The notes beneath the pieces are model-generated. The model was given only the letters and a program-made list of their open reading frames with translations. It was not told the origin of the DNA and made no database searches. A stretch of 64,000 nt of DNA from Lepidodermella squamata (Eukaryota; Animalia; Gastrotricha). Made by a program: the position numbers and the translations under genes. Location: assembly GCA_047495785.1 (NCBI GenBank), contig JBLDXI010000019.1, positions 1,860,001 to 1,924,000 of the forward strand, given 5' to 3'. Positions 56,043 to 64,000 of this stretch are shown piece by piece; within the stretch, counting starts at the first letter, position 1, and every line of letters begins with the position of its first letter.

Positions 56043-58227
56043 ATGGCTCGCCTTTTTATAATTTTGTTCATGATTCTGCAGACAGGCGCTCCATCGGCCT
56101 CAATAAACGCTTCCGAATGCTTCAGGGACATGAAACTCATTGAACAGGCCAGAAATGTTGGCAATGAATGGGCATTGAAATGTTTGGATCATCTCCATCT
56201 AACTTTTTATCGCATGATATCATTCTTGTCCCGCAGATTTTGATTCGAATGCTGCTAAACCGAGTGGATCGATGATGGGCAATGACAAGTGGCTGGGTGA
56301 TATTGACGAATGCCGTGGAATCAGGGCTGTAAACACTTCTACTGGAATACTCATCTCGCCACAGTACTGCCGGATGGTTCTGACTATCCCCAATGCAACT
56401 CTGAATCCTGAGAACATTCTGGTTGAAATCCAGGGCATGGTCGACGGTATTTGTGTCTCGAAGAGGTGTTCTTTATCTGATGTTGCATCGATTGTTAACC
56501 GCATGGGCAAGAAATAACTTACGATGTGCTAATTGAAAGTTACCGATAATTCTTCCACTTTAGTTGCTAATCAAGGAGTTCAAGTCAATATGGATCGTTC
56601 ATCATGTGTGCAAAATGATGGACCGTATGATGCTTCATCAGCAGTTGCAATGTAAAAATATTGGAACAACGGCTCATATTCGCTGAAATGATTCTTTTCC
56701 AGAACTTTCTACGTGATTTTCGGTTTATTGTTACTTATCGGCCTAATCGTGGATCTGAAGATTAGAATGGGGAAGTGGTATACCAAGAAGTTTGGAGTCC
56801 TTCATGAAAGCAGGGAAAAACTGGATGTTGAACAAATGGGCGTGGAAAATGGTGATAACCAGGAGTCGAAAACACAAGAAAGCAGTATCATCACCAAATT
56901 ATTGCTGGCTTTTTCACCATACACGAATTTCGCGAAACTAAATACTTTGACCATTCAACAAGCTGCAGGAAACTCGCCGAATCTCAACTCGATAAATGCG
57001 ATTCGGACGTTGAGCTTGTTTTGGGTCATTCTCGGCCACACTTACGGTTATACATCTCAGATAAGCGACAATTTGGTCACAGTAGGAATGTTCCAGAAGA
57101 ATTTATCATTCATGGTCCTTCCGGCTGGAGTAAATGCTGTGGATTCCTTCTTCTTCCTATCTGGATTTCTGGCATTCTGGTCGCTCTCGAAGCAACTGAA
57201 GCCTAACTCAGCCACGCCCTCATGGAAGAAAATTCCAGTAATCTACTTCCATAGATACGCCAGGCTAACCCCTCCTGTCATCGCTGTTGTGCTCCTTGCA
57301 ATGGGGATATGGAGTCACCTTCAAATCGGACCGCTTTGGCTTCAAAAAGCTGACCCGAGTTGCGAGGCAAATTGGTGGACCACTCTGCTATACGTCAACA
57401 ACTTCTTCGACCCAACTAACATCTGCTTAGGATGGACGTGGTACCTGAGCGTCGATATGCAATTGTTCCTCTTAGTCCCTTTCATTGTCTTTCTCTACAA
57501 CCAAAGACCATTATTCGGCCATTTGGCTTGTGGAGCGTTACTTCTGATCCAAACAGTCGTAACTTTCGCGCTATCTTACGCTTATAATTTGCCTTCAGTT
57601 CCATCAGCTGCAGATCCTACGGCAATCCTTGAACGGGACTACGCAGCTTATTATACAGTGTATTACTCAAAGCCTTACTGTAGACTGGGCCCTTACGTTG
57701 TCGGAATTATCGCCGCAGCTCTAGTGGCTTTTCATGGTAGCCAAATCAAAAGGAAAGTTTTCTCCAAGTTCTGGCTGACCTGTCTGATGTGGGTGCTGAT
57801 GAGTTTCTCCTTCCTATCGATTGTCTATGGTTTGTATGGAGTTCAAGCTGGTAACTACATGAACCCGCTTTTCATCGATGCAGTTTACAACTCGCTATCG
57901 AAAACAATCTGGGGCCTCGCTCTAGCCTGGCTTCTAACAGCCTGTGTCCTGAATGAGGCTGGCCCGATCGGAAGCATCCTAAACTGGCCGGTTTGGGCGT
58001 TGCCGGCTCGTTTGTCATATTGCGGTTATCTCGTTCATTTATTTGTGATTCAGTATTATGTCCAGACAACGGCGAGGGCTTTTCATCTAACGCATATAAC
58101 AGCAGCTTATTTTTACAGCGGGGTTGTTGTGCTGACTATGCTTGCTTCCATTGTATTTTCTTTGGCATTTGAATCACCTATCATAGGCGTTCAAAGACTG
58201 CTAATCGCAGGAAAGTCCGCAAGATAG
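56043..58227 (+). CDS. NRF-6-like protein B (signal peptide, NRF domain, acyltransferase-3 multi-TM), apparently intact, 4 exons
   Basis: WALK|..DSNAAKPSG...WLGDIDEC; IRTLSLFWVILGH; AVDSFFFLSGF; HRYARLTP; WTWYLSVDMQ; YYSKPYCRLGPY; FESP. Confidence 0.88.
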
Positions 58228-60071
58228 ACCATCTGGATAGAGCAGCTAGAATGGGAATGGGACATTTTTGAATGAAATAACAAAATTCGAATTTCTCAAA
58301 AATTCTCAGCGAGCAATTTGCTTCCGAGTGAATAAAACTGCACTTTTTATGGCTCGAATCTTGAATTTCATTAATAGACGCTGTTGTAGACGAAATGCGG
58401 AACTTGTTTCAGAGACTGTAAGAGAAAATTTCCGCGTAAGTAAGCAATTGGTTACTGAAATAATTAATTAATTTTGTATTTCCATGGATTGGAATTATTT
58501 TCCGTATGTAACGGCACATGTAGCGGTCCTGAGCCATTGGGGATTTTTATCAAGTTTTCAGTTGTGATCAGTGAACAGACGAACAATCGTGAACGACAAA
58601 TAATGTCGTTTCGTAGGAAAAATAGACGGTATTTTCTGTATTGTTTCAGTTTATTCAAATCCTTTTATTCAAATGCAGTAGGAAACGGAGTATTTCTGTA
58701 GCGAATTATCGAATGCAAAAAGCTGTAGATCTATAGATAGCTGTATTTTCTGTTGTAAATCCTCTGTGAGCGGAAATAATCTCAGCGATGACGGATAGTT
58801 CGATAAGAACCAATGGAATTCAGTCTACTGAAACAGCCGTATAACGTATTTTTCGTACATGATGAGCGGATGCACCTGTTTACAGATACTGATAAAACAG
58901 TACCATCCAAATGCAACGTGTCACAATTGTTTCGAGTTCGCGAAGCGAGCTCCGCACGTAGTTTTATGCTTCATCACTATTCCTGTTTTGAAGCGTTCAC
59001 TCAATTCATATATCAAATTCTCGGCAATTTGCATATGAACCGGCCTAACCTCTAACTGAGCCTTTACCGAGATCACGGCGATCAATTACCACGAGACCAA
59101 AAACCACGGTTCTGCTCTCGGCCTGTCGCTAAATCAGCTCGCTCATGGCACTGAACGCATAATGGAAACAATTGTTGTCCTGCTGTTATAGGAAGCCTGG
59201 CTGAAGGGCTTTTTACCACATGTCAGCATTATTACTCCTCTGCCGATTATAATCGTAATAAAATCCAATTTCCATGGAATTTCATGTTTCTAAAATAGTA
59301 CTAATTACCTCGGCTGCCTGCATCTATTACGTGCGGAGGCATCGTTTAATGCCACGGCGCATACTATCATTTATTACACAATGAGCGTATTACTACTATA
59401 ATGTTGTCTGTTGACCTCGGCAAGCGCGAAATGACTACAAAACGACGGCAACAACATGAAAAAGCAGAGTGTGCGGCGGCACAGTCCAATAATATAAAAC
59501 AGATACATTTCAGTCGACGCGTGTTTTCATGTGTTCTTATTCTATTATTTCGAAATAAGGCTGCTCATCTTGATATGCAGATGAAAAAGCTGTCTCTCTG
59601 ATTTATGTATAATGCCTATGTGTAATTAATGTCATTGATCGATAGTTGCTTGTTGACTTCATAATTGTAATGGGCATAGCTTAACGCCACGCTGTCCTTC
59701 ATGAATAGCCAATAAATGGACGAGACGCACGTTGTCCGAAAATAATCCAAATTTCTTCGTGATCGCGTGCTCGATATTTTATCTGAAATTCAAAATGAAC
59801 ACGATTCTTCGAATTCTCACCCTATTTTTATTCAATTTCAAATTCAAAATTCAATCATGTTTTATCAATTCAAAATGTCTGGAATTTTCGCTATTTCATC
59901 GGGCATTTTTTCTGATAAATGCTTGTATCTTGCCATCAGTCTATACATGCTTTTAAGCAAATATTTTTCAAATTATTTTATCCGAGGATTGAATAATTTT
60001 TTCATTCCGCCTATGCACGGACCTTATAATAAATCTGATAATTTTTACTAGATTTTTACTACTGAAGTGAA

Positions 60072-61854
60072 ATGGCCCACGGCAGCTACGATGACGGCGA
60101 TGAGGGCTGGCGCTCAATTTCGACGAATTCTATCATCAAACCGCATGGCGGAATGCACGGCTTCATGCGAGCTCACGGCTTGCGGCCGTATGTCAGTGGG
60201 GCCTATGGCGAAGCGAAAGCCCTTATCAACGAACTGAAGAAATCTCAGTACTACCAGGAGACGCAGAACAGCAATCGTAGGGTTCACCAAAAGTGAGTTT
60301 TTATTTTTTATTTAATTTAATTCATAATTTTTCTGATTATTTTAGCAATCAACCAAGGATGCAATATTACTGTGTCGGAGTATTTGGCATCAGGCCGTCA
60401 AATGTCTCAAATGAAGTCGATTCACAGGGCTGGCGTTCAATTTCGACAAATTCTATCGTGAAGCAGTGGGGCGGAATGCGAAATTTCATGCTTTCCCATG
60501 GCATCAAACATTGGGAACCCGGCGCCTACGACGAAGCAATGGCAATAATCAATAGAATGAAGCAAAACCAGTATCAGGAAGAGCAGGATCAGATACGAGC
60601 ATCGGAACGGTAAGATGGGTGAAATTTAATACTCAGTCGAAAATTAAATGGCGAAACACCAAGCTTTACATTTTTTTTAGAAATAATTTCGGACTCTTAA
60701 AAGAGTTTAAAAATTTTACAGTGCCCACAGGATAAATCTTAGGTCGAGCGGGGAAAAATACCAAAAATTACCGAGCCACTTACAATCGGGTTTTTACCGG
60801 GTTTCTTCGGTAAAGTCGCGCATGGAGGACGAGAAGTGCTCTGGATAGATTTAATTTTTGGAAAGTGAGAGAAATTCGCCGGCAATTATTTTTTGCAAAT
60901 CTTCAGCTCTGTAAAAGATATATAATTATTTTTGAAAATTGAATTTTCTGTGATAAATTTTGAAAATATTCCCTTTACCATACTGTGCTCCGAAGGCCAA
61001 CAATTTTACGTCTAGAAATGAGCGTTTTTCTCTCTGTTTGCGTTCGATCAGAATCAGAGTTTCTTATTCAGCAGGGCGCAAAATTCGCGAAATAATCGGC
61101 CGAATAACGGTCGAAATACAGCATCGCGTCGCAACCAACGATACGACGATGACGACGAGGATGAGGAGTATGAAAGCTCATCGGAAGAAAGGTATATTTT
61201 AGGCATGATTTTTATGTTAATTTGATCATTTTTGTTATTCTAAGTGAGTTCGATTATTTGGATAAACTATCGGGCAAAACTTCGTCAAGCGAAGAGTCGG
61301 AAGATGATGATGAGGATTTCGAAATTGACGACGGTTGGAAGGAGATCTCGAATTATTCGATCACGAAGCCGTGGGGCGGAATGCATCAATTCATGTATTC
61401 CCACGGTATCAAACCGTACGATGACGGAGGTTACGCCGAGGCGAAGCGATTGATTTATGAGATGAAGAAAGAGCAGTATCGCGAGGAATGCCTCAAAAAA
61501 CGAAAAGATGAAAGGTCAGTTGTGCCATTTTTTAGTTGGAATATTTCAATTTTAATTTTAATTTATTTAATTTTTGTGTTTTATTTCCAAAATTAAAGAG
61601 AAGCTCGCCGAGCCGCCAAGGAGCGTGAAATTGTGCGAAAAGGCTGGCAAGCGATTTCAACGTGGTCTATCACCAAAGGCTGGGGCGGTATGAAGAATTT
61701 CATGTTGTCTTATGGCATCAAACCCTGGGACAACCACGCTTACGAGAACGCGAAACGACTTATCGATGAGATGAAAAAATCCGAATGGCAACAACTTCGA
61801 TCGAAATATCAATCAAATCGCGGCAATTCGTCTCGCGGTTACAGACATTTTTAA
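60072..61854 (+). CDS. Five-exon gene (~376 aa) with four copies of a ~45-aa GW..IS..SI.K.WGGM..FM.S[HY]G[IL]KP[WY]...Y..AK..I..MKK motif
   Basis: Exons 60072-60292, 60346-60609, 61072-61191, 61245-61514 and 61599-61854 are joined by phase-2 GT-AG introns into one open frame. Confidence 0.7.
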
Positions 61855-62287
61855 AATGGTAACTGACCTGGACTGAGTTTACAACGGAAATAAACAAAAT
61901 ATCTGTGAATACTATATATCTCAAATTCGGTTTTTGATGCGAACCTATCGATAATAAAAATCGATTTCCAATACAAAGCGGCCATGCTTTGCGTACTTGG
62001 GCCCTCTGCCATGTAAATATTTGATGAAACGAGTGAAGTAAAATTTTTGCTCCTGTTTCGTTTTTTATCTTCCCTTTTTAGCCCTAAAACGATATACATA
62101 AGGGCTTTTGCCCAACTAGGTTCACGCATAGGTTGTTCTGCGATAACGTTGAATAGCATTCATGCTTGAACCTTTTGTTTGTTTAAGCGTGCGCAAGATT
62201 AGCCAACTGCTTCATAAAAAATGCACTAGTATAGCCTTTTATATTATTATAGCCTGAATCTGTAAGACGGTCATTTTACAACGGAAA

Positions 62288-64000
62288 ATGAAGCGTTACC
62301 GGTTGCTGGTTTTAGCGTTGTTAGTTTCACTGAGCAACGGACAGTTTAGCCATTTCAGAGCTAGACCATCACTGTCCGCATCCATTATTCAATTGTCTTT
62401 CGAGGGTACATCAAATGTCAGAGATCCCGGAGAATGCTTGCGAGATATGGCTATCATCGAAGATGCGGCAAAAAATAAAACCGAATGGGCTATGAAATGT
62501 ATGAAAAAATCCCCAAAAATCATAAAAAAAATTTTTAACTTCCTATTTAAGTCCTGGATTCAAATGGAGCAAAACCTAGTGGATTCCTGGAGGGAAGTGA
62601 CAGATGGCTCGGAGCTTTCGATCAGTGTCAAGCTATTGGTACAGTTCAAACAAGCAAAGACATTGCCATCACGTCGCAATATTGCCGCCTTTTGCTGACT
62701 AAACCTAACACAACCCTGGACAAGGAGAGCATTTTGATCAATTTACCTGGCCTGGTTCTTGGAGCCTGTGTATCAAACCGATGCTCAATCAGTGATATTG
62801 CCATTTTCGTCAATCCTCAAGGTAAGATTTTCCAGAATTCAAGCTGAATTGTTGAATTTTTTTATCTATTTTCTAGTTGAGAGTATGGGCGTTGAAGTAG
62901 ACACCTTACTTTCAGCTTGTATCGTTGATGAAGTCCCTTACGACGCCATTTCGATTGCCACAATGTATGCTTTAAGATTTTGGAAACTGCTAAATCTGAC
63001 TTTGCCTATTATGTTAGCGTTGTCTATTCTGTTGTTGGCTTTTTTCTACTAATTGGTTTGGCTTTGGACGTCTATCTTCGATTGAAGAAATGGTCTACGA
63101 CAAGAATTCATCATGAAGTTGAGGATAAATCCTCCTTAATTATACCGCCAGCTTTCGACACTGAATCCATGCAACAAAGTACTCAAGCCAACTCCGCTTC
63201 AATCAATGCACACGAGAGCCATCCAAAAAGCGGGGTCAAGCAAACCCTAGTCAAGTTGGCTCTATCATTCTCGCCATACACAAATTTCGTCAAAATGAAC
63301 TCAGTCCCGGTACATGAGCATAAATTCCCGAATTTGAGCAGCATCAACGGAATTCGGACACTCAGTTTGTTCTGGGTAATTCTAGGCCATATCTACGCGT
63401 TTGTGCCCGGTTTTATCGACAATTTGGTCGCGGAAGCTAAAATTCAATCCAGGGTGTCTTTCATGTTTGTACCAGCTGGTTTCTACGCAGTCGATTCTTT
63501 CCTGTTCCTAGCAGGATTCCTGGCTTTCTGGTCGCTTAGCAAGCAATTGAAACCTGACTCATCGACTTCTCTGTGGAAGAAAGTCCCATTCCTCTATTTC
63601 CACCGCTACATCCGCTTGACGCCGCCAGTTATTGCATTAGTCCTACTTGATCTTGGAATTTGGCCACGCTTATCAAAAGGACCATTGTGGCTTCAAAAGC
63701 CTGATGATTACTGCGTGGAAAACTGGTGGAGTACCGTTTTCTACGTCAATAACTTCTTCCACCCCAATGGAGAATGCATCGGATGGTCATGGTATCTATG
63801 CTTGGACATGCAGCTCTTCCTTTTAGCTCCTTTCATCATTTACCTTTACAATCGAAAACAATGGCTAGGCCATCTTAGCTGCGGCATACTTTTGTTAATT
63901 CAAGTTGTTTCTACAATGGGCGTCACATTTGCTTACAACCTACCTTCGTCTGCCGTTAGCCCTGTTAACAAGACATTTGCTGATGATAGAGATTATCAGG
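62288..64000 (+). CDS. NRF-6-like protein C, truncated by the window end
   Basis: Signal peptide, ECLRDM...EWAMK|.LDSNGAKPSG...WLGAFDQC; later IRTLSLFWVILGH, AVDSFLFLAGF, HRYIRLTP, WSWYLCLDMQ. Confidence 0.88.

Overview
Eukaryotic (invertebrate animal-like) genomic DNA with short (mostly ~45-60 nt) spliceosomal introns; there are no prokaryotic features. Protein genes: two intronless GABA-B-like class C GPCRs, three paralogous secreted multi-lectin genes (PAN + F5/8C + LamG/pentraxin + F-type lectin), a Sulfotransfer_2 carbohydrate sulfotransferase, a nicotinic receptor alpha-type subunit with an atypical loop C, a small CxC-repeat secreted protein, a signal-peptide ankyrin protein, a TMEM26/TMEM121-like protein, three NRF-6/acyltransferase-3 genes (one frameshifted, plus a remnant) and a 5-exon gene with four copies of an uncharacterised motif. 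Also present: tRNA-Trp, tRNA-Met, several MITE/foldback elements, a CR1/L2 relic and a ~8 kb tandem duplication with a complex junction. The main finding is an intact 4.7 kb Jockey/I-group-like LINE (gag + APE-RT) inserted in sense orientation inside a U2 snRNA gene after U2 nt 24. It has no TSD, no poly(A) and essentially no 5' UTR. It is a candidate new U2-targeting retrotransposon distinct from Keno (Tx1) and Utopia (NeSL), but target specificity cannot be shown from one copy. All calls were made by eye, without database searches.
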